A stretch of 64,000 nucleotides of DNA from Candidatus Dormiibacterota bacterium. GTDB lineage: Bacteria > Chloroflexota > Dormibacteria > Aeolococcales > Bog-877. The stretch lies in assembly GCA_027313505.1 (NCBI GenBank), contig DAHVDN010000001.1, positions 43,366-107,365 of the forward strand. Direction: 5' to 3'. A program made the translations under genes and the position numbers. The notes below the pieces were generated by a model. It was not told the origin of the DNA. It did no database searches and saw nothing but the letters and a program-made list of their open reading frames with translations. Of the stretch, positions 39,749 to 49,552 are shown piece after piece (the first letter of the stretch is position 1; each line of letters starts with the position of its first letter).

Positions 39749-41283
39749 GGCGCCGCGACTCGGAGCCTTCGGGTAGCGATTTGGTTATGCTGAAGCAGGT
39801 GAGCGGCAACACAGGCCACCAGGTCTCCGGGCGGTCCGACTGGACTGATGGAGAGCCCGACAAGCTCCACGAGGCTTGCGGCGTCTTTGGTGTATACGCT
39901 CCCGGAGACGACATCGCCAATCTCTGTTACCTCGGCATCTATGCACTCCAGCACCGCGGACAGGAGTCGGCCGGGATCTGTGTCTCCGACGGAGGCCAAC
40001 TCCTTCTCCACCGTGATATGGGGCTGGTTTCGCAGGTTTTCTCCGCCGAGGCGCTGGGGCGGCTTACCGGTCAGCTCGGACTGGCACACACCAGGTATTC
40101 GACCACCGGCTCCTCGGAGCTGACCAACGCCCAGCCGTTCATCTTCGAGCACGGTCAGTTGGGCCCGGTGGCGATCTCCCACAACGGGAACCTGACCAAT
40201 GCTCAGGCGTTGCGGCAGGGGTTGTTCGAGGAGGGTTACTCCTTCTCCACCTCGAGCGACACCGAAGTTCTTGCCGGGCTGTTGTCAAGGACCCCGGGCG
40301 AGCGACTGGAGGTCGTCCTGCAGCGTTGCCTGCCCAGGGTTCTCGGCGCATACTCCCTAGGATTCCTAACCCGCGACAGCCTGGTTGCGGCGCGCGACGA
40401 GCTCGGGCTTCGGCCTCTCTGCATTGGTCGGCTGGGGTCGGTCGACGCCCCCGGGGGATACGGATACGTCATCGCCAGCGAGAGCTGTGCGCTGGATGTC
40501 ATCGGAGCTCACCTGGTGCGAGAGGTGCTGCCCGGGGAGATAGTCACCATCGACGCCGACGGACTCCACAGCGCTCACTTCGGTGAGACCAGGGCGCCAG
40601 CGATGTGCTCCTTCGAGTTCATCTACTTCGCGCGGCCCGACTCAGTGATCCAGAACCGCAGCCTCTACGAGGTCAGGATCGCCATGGGCAAGCGGCTGGC
40701 GGAGGAGTCCCCGGTGGATGCGGATGTGGTCATCCCACTCCCCGACTCGGGCACTCCGGCGGCAATCGGGTTCGCTCACGCCAGCGGGATTGAGTTCGCC
40801 GAAGGGATGATCAAGTCCCGCTACATAAACCGGACGTTCATACAGCCCCACCAGGGGATGCGGGACGCCGGGGTCCGGCTTAAGTTCAATCCCATGCCGC
40901 ACGTGCTGGCCGGCAAGAGGGTGGTCCTGGTTGACGACTCCATCGTGAGGGGGTCAACATCCCGCCAGATCGTGGAGGCGCTGAGGCGCGCCGGGGCGGC
41001 GGAGGTGCACATGCGCGTCGCCTCTCCCCCAATCCGGTACCCGTGTTTCATGGGCATTGACATCGCCAGCAGAAGCGAGCTCATAGCCGCCGGACGCAGT
41101 TCGGAGGAGGTGGGGCGCATCATCGGGACCGACTCGCTCGCCTACCTCAGCCTTGAGGGCCTGAGGGCTGCCCTTAGATCTTCCCCCGGTACTTCCGGCT
41201 TCTGCTTCGCCTGCCTGGATGGTGTCTATCCGCTCCAAGTCCCCCAGCAGCTGGAGATGGACAAGCTGGCGCTGGAAGGCTGA
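39745..41283 (+). CDS. purF: Amidophosphoribosyltransferase (Fe-S type, with propeptide)
   Basis: Propeptide ending DKLHEA then [59 protein letters not shown]. Start 39745 (GTGA overlap) or 39788. Confidence 0.96.
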   Translation: MRRRDSEPSGSDLVMLKQVSGNTGHQVSGRSDWTDGEPDKLHEACGVFGVYAPGDDIANLCYLGIYALQHRGQESAGICVSDGGQLLLHRDMGLVSQVFSAEALGRLTGQLGLAHTRYSTTGSSELTNAQPFIFEHGQLGPVAISHNGNLTNAQALRQGLFEEGYSFSTSSDTEVLAGLLSRTPGERLEVVLQRCLPRVLGAYSLGFLTRDSLVAARDELGLRPLCIGRLGSVDAPGGYGYVIASESCALDVIGAHLVREVLPGEIVTIDADGLHSAHFGETRAPAMCSFEFIYFARPDSVIQNRSLYEVRIAMGKRLAEESPVDADVVIPLPDSGTPAAIGFAHASGIEFAEGMIKSRYINRTFIQPHQGMRDAGVRLKFNPMPHVLAGKRVVLVDDSIVRGSTSRQIVEALRRAGAAEVHMRVASPPIRYPCFMGIDIASRSELIAAGRSSEEVGRIIGTDSLAYLSLEGLRAALRSSPGTSGFCFACLDGVYPLQVPQQLEMDKLALEG

Positions 41284-41291
41284 GGAAGGCC

Positions 41292-42311
41292 GTGGAGATG
41301 AGTCAGTACGCGGCTGCCGGCGTGGACCGAAGTCGGGCGCAGATCGCCGTGGCCCGGGTTGCGGAGCTGGCGGCCACCACCCACCTTCCCTCCCTGATGG
41401 CGGGTATCGGCCCATTCGCGGCGGTGTGGCGGCTTCCTGACTCTCTACCCCCCGGCAGCACCCTGGTCTCGTCGACCGACTCGGTCGGCACCAAGACAAA
41501 GGTGGCCGTCGCCGTCGGGCGCCACCGCGGGATCGGCCAGGACATCGTGAACCACTGCGTGAACGACGTCCTCACAACCGGCGCGACCCCGCTTTTCTTC
41601 CTGGACTACTTTGCCACCGGCCGAATCGAGCCAGACGTGTTGGAGCAGATCGCCGAGGGGATGGCGGAGGCCTGTCGAAATGCCGGTTGCTCCCTGGTTG
41701 GTGGCGAGACCGCGGAGATGCCCGGGGTGTACGGCATCGGTGATTACGACCTGGCAGGGTTCTTGGTGGGAACGACCACCGTGGATGAGCTCCTCGGTCC
41801 CCAAAGAGTCCGGGATGGGGATGTCCTGCTGGGCATTGCGTCCACCGGACTGCACACCAACGGTTACTCGCTGGTGAGGCATCTTCTGGCGGAGCGTGAG
41901 CTCGACTTCTCTGTGGTGCTGGAGGGAACCGAGCGTCCGCTGGGCGAGCTCCTGCTCGTGCCCCATCGTTCCTATCTTGCAGCGATCGCTGACTTGCGGG
42001 AGGCTGGGCCAGTTCATGCCTTGGCGCACATAACCGGTGGCGGGATAGTCGAGAACCTTCCCCGAGTGTTGCCGGCGGAGCTGGCGGCGGTCATAGACAC
42101 CACCAGCTGGCAGGTCCCCGCCCTCTTCTCGGCCTTGAGGGCGCTGGGAGAGATCGCCGGTGACGAGATGTGGCGCACCTTCAACATGGGGCTGGGGATG
42201 ATCTGCGTGGTCCCACCCGCCACCGCCGAGGCCACGATTCCCGACCCCCAGTTCATCCGGATTGGGGAGGTGACCTCCCGTGTCGGCTCGGATCGGGTGA
42301 TTCTGCGCTGA
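41292..42311 (+). CDS. purM: AIR synthetase (phosphoribosylformylglycinamidine cyclo-ligase)
   Basis: YAAAGVD, TDSVGTK, NHCVND, FFLDY, GGETAEMPG, GLHTNGYSL, HITGGG, TFNMGLG. Confidence 0.97.
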   Translation: MEMSQYAAAGVDRSRAQIAVARVAELAATTHLPSLMAGIGPFAAVWRLPDSLPPGSTLVSSTDSVGTKTKVAVAVGRHRGIGQDIVNHCVNDVLTTGATPLFFLDYFATGRIEPDVLEQIAEGMAEACRNAGCSLVGGETAEMPGVYGIGDYDLAGFLVGTTTVDELLGPQRVRDGDVLLGIASTGLHTNGYSLVRHLLAERELDFSVVLEGTERPLGELLLVPHRSYLAAIADLREAGPVHALAHITGGGIVENLPRVLPAELAAVIDTTSWQVPALFSALRALGEIAGDEMWRTFNMGLGMICVVPPATAEATIPDPQFIRIGEVTSRVGSDRVILR

Positions 42312-42949
42312 CCCAGCTGATCGCCGCAGCCCGGTGTGGCGTGGGTGTCCTGGTATCGGGGCAGGGCACCAACCTGCGGGCCCTGGTGCGAGCCAGCGAG
42401 GACCCCGCTTACCCGGCAAGGGTGGTGGCGGTGGGGGCCAATCGGGTTGGATGTCCGGCTCTCGAAGCCGCGCGGCAACTCGGGATCCCGGCTCAGGCGT
42501 TTCCGATCTCAGCCAATTCGGGCAGCGCAGTCATTAGAGACAGCAGCCTTGCCGCCTGGCTCTTGCAACAAGGGTGCGAACTGCTGGTGCTGGCGGGGTA
42601 CGATCGGATCTTGACCGCCCCTCTGATTGACGCATTTCCGGAGCGAATCCTGAACATTCACAACAGCCTGCTGCCGTCTTTTGCCGGCACCATGCGCGCC
42701 GTCGAGGAGGCGCTGGAGTACGGAGTGAAGATCACCGGGTGCACCGTTCATCTGGTGGACGCCAAGCGAGTAGATGGTGGCCCGATCGTGTTGCAGGCGG
42801 CGGTGAGGGTGGAGGACGACGACACTCCGAACTCGTTGCTCGAGCGGATCCATCAGGAGGAGTGGCGAATTCTCCCGGAGGCAGTCGGTCTTGTGGCATC
42901 CGGACGGCTGCGGGTGGAGGGCCGCGTGGTGCGGTCGGTGCACCGGTGA
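42308..42949 (+). CDS. purN: Phosphoribosylglycinamide formyltransferase
   Basis: GVLVSGQGTNL, LAGYDRIL, NIHNSLLP, GVKITGCTVH, DGGPI. Start is either CTG 42308 (CTGA overlap with purM) or GTG 42341. Confidence 0.95.
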   Translation: MTQLIAAARCGVGVLVSGQGTNLRALVRASEDPAYPARVVAVGANRVGCPALEAARQLGIPAQAFPISANSGSAVIRDSSLAAWLLQQGCELLVLAGYDRILTAPLIDAFPERILNIHNSLLPSFAGTMRAVEEALEYGVKITGCTVHLVDAKRVDGGPIVLQAAVRVEDDDTPNSLLERIHQEEWRILPEAVGLVASGRLRVEGRVVRSVHR

Positions 42950-44481
42950 TCCCCAGGCGTGCTCTTCTCGGAGTTGACGACAAGGAGGGGCTGGTGGAGT
43001 TCGCCAGGGGCCTTCTTCGCCATTCCGTGAAGCTTTTGGCTACCGGAAGGACCGAGGCGGCTCTTCGTGAGGCCTCGCTGCCGGTGACATCGGTCGCGGA
43101 GGTTACTGGCACGGCCGAAATGCTGGATGGCCGGGTGAAGACGCTGCACCCTGCCATCCACGCGGGGATCCTCGCCCGCCGGGAGGACCCCTCCCATCTG
43201 GCGACTCTGGCGGAGCACCGCTACCAGCCGATCGACATGGTTGTGGTCAACCTGTATCCGTTCGTCAGGGAGGCGGCCCTTGGGCACTCCCTCGATCAGG
43301 TGGTGGAGGCGATCGACATCGGCGGCCCCACCCTGCTTCGGGCTGCGGCAAAGAACTGGCGATCGGTGGCCTCGGTCTCCAGCCCGGCGCAGTACGAAGA
43401 GGTGCTGGCGGAGCTGGACCATGGGGGGATTTCGGAACAGTTGCTCAGCCGTCTGGCGGTGAGCACCTTCGAGCTGACCTCCGCCTACGACGCCCTGATC
43501 GCCGACGACCTGAGGACGAGGATGGGCCATGGTGTCTCCGGCCTCAAAGCGCACGTTGCGGTTCCGGGCCTCCTGCGACAGCGGCTCCGCTACGGGGAGA
43601 ATCCCCACCAGGCTGCGGCCGTTTACAGCGCTTCCTGCGTGCCCAGCGGGCTCGCGGCGGCTCGGCAGATCCAGGGGGGCGAGCTGTCCTACACCAATTG
43701 GCTGGACGCCGACTCCGCCTGGAGGATGGCGATGAGCCTCAACTCATCCGGCGCTGTGGTGGTGAAACACACCAACCCCTGCGGCGCCGCGGAGGGGGAG
43801 TCCCCCCGGCTGGCGTTTGAGAAGGCTTTTTCCTGCGACCCTCGGTCGGCCTACGGCGGTGTAGTCGGACTGAACGAAGCGCTCGATCTTGAGACAGCGG
43901 ACGTGCTGGCCGGGCACTTCCTGGAGCTGGTGGTGGCCCCTTCGGTGACCGACAAGGCGGTGGCCCGGCTGGCGGGGAGACCACGACTCAGGGTCCTGGT
44001 GGTAGGCGAAACCCCCTCGCGTGCGGGCTTGGAGGTGCGCTCGATTGATGGGGGCCTTCTGATCCAGACCCCAGACGACGGCGACGATCCGTTGGAGAGC
44101 TTCACCGTGGTCTCGAAGCGGTCTCCGAGCGCTTCGGAGTGGGAGCAGCTCCAGCTGGCCTGGCGGTTGGTACGGGGGGTAAAGTCCAACGCCATAGTCC
44201 TCTGTCGCGAGGGGATGGCCGTCGGTATCGGTGCGGGTCAGATGTCCCGGGTGGAGGCTGTCCAACTTGCGGTCGCCCGAGCCGGCGATCGATCGGCCGG
44301 CAGCTGTCTCGCCTCGGACGCATACTTTCCGATGGCCGACGGCTTGGAGTTGGCCGCCGAGGGGGGGGTGACGGCCGCGATCCACCCCGGTGGCTCGATT
44401 CGGGATGCCGAGGTGATTGCTGCCGCGGACAAATGCGGGCTAGCCTTGGTTGCCACCGGAATGCGCCACTTTCGGCACTGA
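42946..44481 (+). CDS. purH: Bifunctional AICAR formyltransferase / IMP cyclohydrolase
   Basis: RRALLGVDDK, GRVKTLHP, VNLYPF, IDIGGP, LRYGENPHQ, KHTNPCG, VKSNAI, GAGQMSR, ASDAYFP, MRHFRH; GTGA overlap with purN. Confidence 0.97.
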   Translation: MIPRRALLGVDDKEGLVEFARGLLRHSVKLLATGRTEAALREASLPVTSVAEVTGTAEMLDGRVKTLHPAIHAGILARREDPSHLATLAEHRYQPIDMVVVNLYPFVREAALGHSLDQVVEAIDIGGPTLLRAAAKNWRSVASVSSPAQYEEVLAELDHGGISEQLLSRLAVSTFELTSAYDALIADDLRTRMGHGVSGLKAHVAVPGLLRQRLRYGENPHQAAAVYSASCVPSGLAAARQIQGGELSYTNWLDADSAWRMAMSLNSSGAVVVKHTNPCGAAEGESPRLAFEKAFSCDPRSAYGGVVGLNEALDLETADVLAGHFLELVVAPSVTDKAVARLAGRPRLRVLVVGETPSRAGLEVRSIDGGLLIQTPDDGDDPLESFTVVSKRSPSASEWEQLQLAWRLVRGVKSNAIVLCREGMAVGIGAGQMSRVEAVQLAVARAGDRSAGSCLASDAYFPMADGLELAAEGGVTAAIHPGGSIRDAEVIAAADKCGLALVATGMRHFRH

Positions 44482-44544
44482 GCTGGCGAAAGGGCCTGCG
44501 CTGCTGTAAGGTGCGGCCAGGGTGCGCTGTTTGGAGGTGCTGAG

Positions 44545-45213
44545 GTGACAACTGGCGCTGGTCGCCGACGGTTGGAGGGTTGGGCCGCTGAGGGAACTCC
44601 TCTTGCCCTGCTCGCAATCTTCTTCTTCATAGATTTGTTCCTTCCCTGGTCGCCATCATGTTTCCTCACCATAGGCCCGCTCCCTAATGTGGCCGGGCCG
44701 ACCGCGGCCCTCATCCCGGCCGAGCGCTTCTGCGGAGTGGTGCAGAACGGCCTTGGTGGGTCAGGATTCGGAGCCGCCGCCCTGGCGCTTGCGGTCTTCG
44801 CGTGGGAGGCGCTCAGAGTGGCGCGCATATCCCTTCCGATGGGGGCGGCATATCGCAGCCTCATTTCCGCCTTCCTCGCAGAGACGCTGCTTCTGCTCAC
44901 CCTCTTGGACCTGATTCCTAGGTTCGGGGGCCTGGTCTCATTTCCCGGGACCATCCCCTTCGGTGGGGCGTTCGCCTGGGCCGGGCTGCTGCTGGCACTG
45001 CTGGTTGGAGGCGCCGGAGTCGTTCATTGGCGAGCGTGGCATCGGGTTGCACCGGATCCGAGTGGGGCGTGGAGGATGCCGGGCGCAACCTCCGGCGGAG
45101 CAGGAGCTCCTCCAAACGCCACACCCTCGGGGGGCAACTGCTCATCGTGCGGGATGATCACTTTGCCAGGGGCCCGGTTCTGTCCAGGCTGCGGGGGTCG
45201 CCTTCAGGGCTGA
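44545..45213 (+). CDS. Hypothetical membrane protein with a C-terminal zinc ribbon
   Basis: About 4 TM segments, Gly/Pro linker, CSSC...FCPGCG; GGAGG upstream of GTG. Confidence 0.75.
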   Translation: MTTGAGRRRLEGWAAEGTPLALLAIFFFIDLFLPWSPSCFLTIGPLPNVAGPTAALIPAERFCGVVQNGLGGSGFGAAALALAVFAWEALRVARISLPMGAAYRSLISAFLAETLLLLTLLDLIPRFGGLVSFPGTIPFGGAFAWAGLLLALLVGGAGVVHWRAWHRVAPDPSGAWRMPGATSGGAGAPPNATPSGGNCSSCGMITLPGARFCPGCGGRLQG

Positions 45214-45249
45214 CCGAATGCCGTAGAGTCGACTGACCGTCTCATTCCC

Positions 45250-46000
45250 TCATCGTCGCCCCGCCTCTTTCATCTGGCCTTGAGCGAACTGGCCCGAGGC
45301 CCGCGTCGGCTTTGCGCGGCGCTCGATGAACGTGCTCACCTTCTTGTACCAAGGCGGATACTCCAGCGATGCCGTAGCCGCTCCGGGTCTGACGACAATT
45401 GGGCATTTCGGGGTGGCTGCAAGGTTGGCTGATCTTGCCTTGGGTAAGCTGGGTCTGGGTGCCCGGGACCAGGTCACGCAGGTCCCATGCACAAGCCGAT
45501 CGCCGAGGATGTTGGCGAAATCTCTACGTTTTCGCGGATCGGCTGCAACGTTGGGCGCGCGAAGGCCCCGTGCCCGCCGGCCCGCGCTGGCTGGGTGACG
45601 AAGTGGCGCCGCGGTGGCCCCGCGGCTTCCCTCCCGACAAGGCTGTGTGCCAGTGAAGATGTATCCCGGAAAACACAGCCGGTTCTTCCCTCTGTAACAG
45701 GATCGACTGCTGGCCGAGAACATTCGAACTCTGGAGAAGGAACCTAGCAACCACAATGGGCACCTCACCGAACAACCTGCGAGGGTTGGCGACGTCCACC
45801 TGCTGCTGGTAGCCCGTTTAGCCAAACCTCAGCGGAACTGCCGCCGGTTGACGAAGGCTCGGTCCATCGGTCCCAAACTGGCTGAGGATGCGAAGAGAAC
45901 CTTGTCGGCCGAATCGGGGGAAGTCTGCTGCTGGCCGAGACGGGCGCTCAGCTCCAGGGTCTGACCGGTCCGCGTCCCAAGCCACTACCGGAACTGACGT
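45250..46000 (-). pseudogene. Possible decayed alpha/beta-hydrolase gene
   Basis: Fragments in the expected order across frames: DFPRFGR, LWLLGSFS (nucleophile-elbow-like), GDRLV, VRPGA...EYPPWYKKVSTFIER. Weak similarity judged by eye. Confidence 0.35.
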
Positions 46001-46054
46001 CCCAACTCCTTGAGCGGGGTGGTGGCCGTTCCCCGTGGACGCGATAATGAAGCC

Positions 46055-46603
46055 GTGACTGTGCAGCACCGCGCCGACAGATTCCTGGAACCGCAGGCCG
46101 ACCCTCGCGAGGGCGGGACATCGCTAGGAGACGAGCGAGCGACGCTCCTCGAGTTCCTGCGCTGCCAGCGGCTCACCCTGCAACTTAAGTGCGAGGGACT
46201 CGATGCCGATCAAATGGCTCGTCTGTCCGTGGAGCCATCGACCATGTCCTTGCTCGGACTGGTGCGGCACATGGCGGAGGTGGAGCGGAGTTGGTTTCGG
46301 CGAGGGTTCGCGGGGCAGGATGTGGCCCGGCGGTACCAGTCAGAGACGGATCCCGACGGCGACTTCAACGGCGTCGCGCCGGACCCGGAGCTCGTCGCGG
46401 AGGCCTGGGCGGCGTGGGGTGAAGAGGTCGCCTTCGCGGAAGAGTTCGCCCGGGACACGGATCTCGACTTCATCGGGCACGACTCGAGAAGCGACCCGGT
46501 GTCGTTACGCGAACTGCTGGTTCACATGATCGAAGAGTATGCCCGCCACAATGGCCACGCCGACCTGCTACGGGAGCGCATCGACGGCCGCGTCGGCCAG
46601 TAG
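46055..46603 (+). CDS. DinB/DUF664-family protein (thiol S-transferase-like)
   Basis: ERATLLEFL, KCEGL, SLLGLVRHMAEVERSWF, LRELLVHMIEEYARHNGHADLLRERIDG; GTG 46055 is 6 nt after GATAAT. Confidence 0.92.
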   Translation: MTVQHRADRFLEPQADPREGGTSLGDERATLLEFLRCQRLTLQLKCEGLDADQMARLSVEPSTMSLLGLVRHMAEVERSWFRRGFAGQDVARRYQSETDPDGDFNGVAPDPELVAEAWAAWGEEVAFAEEFARDTDLDFIGHDSRSDPVSLRELLVHMIEEYARHNGHADLLRERIDGRVGQ

Positions 46604-46786
46604 CTACACCTCACTCCTGGTCTAGTCGGCCGCTGTACCTGCGGACCTGTTTCACGGCGCCGCTGACAAGGTTGGCGCGGCGCCGATCTCGACCCGATCT
46701 CCACAACTGACCGGAGTTCGGTTCTGGAACCGGCCGCAGGATGGCGACGAGTTGACTGTCGGACGGTGGCTCGGTCCACACCAACC

Positions 46787-47220
46787 TCAAAAGGTGGTGA
46801 CAGCATTTCTGCGGACAGGGCGCCGGTGACCGTCGTTGGATGCTCTGGGAGTCACCTGGCAGCTGTGCTCGGGGTAGTCCGCGGCGTTCGCGGTCACGGC
46901 GACCTTGGTGAAGCGCCGGCACACTGGCCACTCGCGCCAATTCATCCGCGAGATCCAGTCGAAGTTCTCCGATGCCGAGCCTGTGAAAGGCAGGGCACGC
47001 GGCGAAGTTTTCTCGGAGCACCGCATCGAGGTGCGAGCCCAGCACCAGTGTGCCGGCGAAGGTCCCGTTTAGCTCGGCCACCCAAACCTCCCTGTCGCGC
47101 ACGACCCCGAGTAGCCCTCGGTCGTCGGTGCAAATTCTCGCGCGATGCTATCCAGATAGGGCGGTACGGCACTCTCCCTGACAACCCCTCCATCACCGGC
47201 GCGTCCTGGACTCACGGGCG
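46787..47220 (-). pseudogene. Multiply frameshifted GNAT acetyltransferase
   Basis: Consecutive frames give PYLDSIAREFAPTTEGY, then VRDREVWVAELNGTFAGTLVL...ENFAACPAFHRLGIG...LADELAR, then FTKVAVTANAADYPEHS...DGHRR, in GNAT motif A/B order. Confidence 0.7.
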
Positions 47221-47471
47221 GCGCTGACGTTGGCCGCAACTTCCCAAGTGGGCCAGCGGAGGACTTGGGTGCCGAGCGCAGGTAGAGGGTGATCCATCCG
47301 GCGACTCAGTCGTACGGCGGCCCAGCTCGCTGGACATCGTGGCCGGTGGGCACGAAGCGCCTGCGCTCCGGATCCACGCCGTTATTCAGCCGGCGGTTCG
47401 ACCGTTGGAGCTGTCGAGTCACGGACGCAAGAGCCTGCGACTGCCATCATTTCTTTCATACTTTCTGACCT

Positions 47472-47870
47472 ATGGAACGCAGGCTGGTGTCGTCCGGTGC
47501 TTTGTGGGAGCCGGTGGTCGGCTACTCCCGTGCGGTACGTGTCGGGCGGTGGATCTCGGTAGCTGGGACGACAGCGGCCGCCGATGGAGGAGGGGCCGTC
47601 GGTGGAGACGACATCGGCGAGCAGGCCCGTGAGGCCCTGCGGCGCATTGCCGCTGCGCTGCACGAGGTTGGCGCCGAGGTCGAACATGTCGTGCGCACCC
47701 GAATTTTTGTCACCGACATCAGCCGCTGGGAGGAGGTCGGGCGAGCTCACGGCGAAGTGTTCGCGGGGATAAGGCCGGCGACATCGATGGTTGAGGTCAG
47801 AAGGCTCATCGACCCAGCACTCCTGGTCGAGATTGAGGCTGACGCGATAGTGCCGGTATCCGGTCACTAG
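47472..47870 (+). CDS. RidA/YjgF/UK114-family protein
   Basis: SSGALWEPVVGYSRAVRVG, VAGTTA, VVRTRIFVTD, RPATSMVEV, LVEIEADA. Confidence 0.93.
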   Translation: MERRLVSSGALWEPVVGYSRAVRVGRWISVAGTTAAADGGGAVGGDDIGEQAREALRRIAAALHEVGAEVEHVVRTRIFVTDISRWEEVGRAHGEVFAGIRPATSMVEVRRLIDPALLVEIEADAIVPVSGH

Positions 47871-48042
47871 CCGCTGGCCTTCCTTCGGAGCGGTGCCGGC
47901 ACCTTCTATGGCTCACACGAGCGGCCATTCAGGACCAGAGTACCTATGCATCCCCCACTACTTCCCAGAGACCAGCGGCCCCTTCTGCCATCGGCGAGCG
48001 GATGGCCCCCTTAGGTGATTCCAGCTGAGTAAACACGCCCCA

Positions 48043-48071
48043 TTGACAATTGCACCGCCACCCCGTAGGCT
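48043..48071 (+). promoter_or_regulatory. Sigma70-type promoter of aceA-aceB (TTGACA-N17-TAGGCT)
   Basis: Consensus -35 at 48043-48048, exact 17-nt spacer, -10 TAGGCT at 48066-48071. Confidence 0.8.
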
Positions 48072-48229
48072 CACTCGATGGACGCCCGATAGGAGCCGAC
48101 GGAGAGGGAAGTTCGAGCGTCCCCAGGCAGTCGACGAGCATGGTCTCGCCAACTTCCTCCCCCAGCCGCGAACTGCAACTCCCATCTGATCGGTTCGTTG
48201 GGCACACAGCTGGCCAGGGGGTGTTTGCG

Positions 48230-49552
48230 ATGACCTCGACCGACCACGGCGACCGGAACGGGCGGCAGATTCGGGAGCTTGAGGCTGCCCTCGAGCAGGA
48301 GTGGCAGTCAGAGCGGTGGGCTGGAGTCGCCCGTCCTTACTCAGCAACCGAAGCCGCGCGCCTCGGGGGCTCCTTCCCGATCGAACACACCCTGGCTCGC
48401 CGGGGCGCGGAGGCGCTCTGGCAGCTGCTGAGGACGGAGGACTATGTCCCCACGCTTGGGGCGCTTACCGGTCAGCAGGCCGTGCAGATGGTGAGAGCGG
48501 GCCTTAGGGCGATCTATCTGTCAGGGTGGCAGGTGGCCGCCGACGCCAACCTGGACGGAGAGACATACCCGGATCAGAGCCTATACCCGGCCAACAGCGC
48601 ACCCGCCTTGGCCCGTCGGCTGAACAAGGCGATGCTGCGAGCCGACCAGATCGCATGGGCCGACGGCACCCACGATCGCGACTGGGTGGTCCCCATCGTG
48701 GCCGACGCCGAGGCGGGATTCGGCGGGCCGCTGCACGCCTTCCAGCTGATGAGGCACATGATTGAGGCTGGGGTTTCCGGGGTGCACTTCGAGGACCAAC
48801 TGGCTTCCGAGAAGAAGTGCGGGCATCTGGGGGGCAAGGTTCTGGTCCCGACCAGTCAGTTCCTGCGCACCCTGGCGGCAGCGCGCTTGGCCGCCGACGT
48901 CGAAGGGGTGCCCACCGTCTTGATAGCCAGGACCGACGCCCTCAGCGCCACCCTGCTGACCAGTGACGTGGACCCGCTGGATCAGAAGTTCCTCACCGGC
49001 GAGCGGACCTCGGAGGGCTTCTTTCGAGTCCGGAGTGGACTGGAGCCGGTGATACAGCGGTCGCTGGCGTACGCCAGAATCGCTGATGCCCTCTGGTTCG
49101 AGACGTCCACGCCAGATCTCGCTGAAGCCGCCGCATTCGCCAACGCCATCCATGCCGAGTTCCCGGGCAAGATCCTCGCCTACAACTGCTCTCCGTCGTT
49201 CAACTGGAAGCGCCAGCTGACCGACGAACAGGTCTCCAACTTCCAGCACCAGTTGGGCAAGCTGGGATACCGCTTCCAGTTCGTCACCCTGGCGGGGTTC
49301 CACGTAGCCAATGCCTCAATGTTCGAGCTCGCCAAGGGGTACCAGCGAGAGGGCATGACCGCCTATGTCCACCTGCAGCAGAGGGAGTTCGAACTCGAAT
49401 TGCAGGGGTACACCTCGACCAGGCATCAGGCCGAGGTGGGGGCTGGCTACTTCGACGCCGTGCTGGAGACTGTGACCGGAGGCGAGAGCGAGACGATGGC
49501 GCTCCGAGGCTCGACAGAGGAGGCTCAGTTCGACGCCAGTCTTCAACCATGA
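48230..49552 (+). CDS. aceA: Isocitrate lyase
   Basis: [34 protein letters not shown], catalytic [28 protein letters not shown]. Start 48230 (alternative 48140). Confidence 0.97.
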   Translation: MTSTDHGDRNGRQIRELEAALEQEWQSERWAGVARPYSATEAARLGGSFPIEHTLARRGAEALWQLLRTEDYVPTLGALTGQQAVQMVRAGLRAIYLSGWQVAADANLDGETYPDQSLYPANSAPALARRLNKAMLRADQIAWADGTHDRDWVVPIVADAEAGFGGPLHAFQLMRHMIEAGVSGVHFEDQLASEKKCGHLGGKVLVPTSQFLRTLAAARLAADVEGVPTVLIARTDALSATLLTSDVDPLDQKFLTGERTSEGFFRVRSGLEPVIQRSLAYARIADALWFETSTPDLAEAAAFANAIHAEFPGKILAYNCSPSFNWKRQLTDEQVSNFQHQLGKLGYRFQFVTLAGFHVANASMFELAKGYQREGMTAYVHLQQREFELELQGYTSTRHQAEVGAGYFDAVLETVTGGESETMALRGSTEEAQFDASLQP

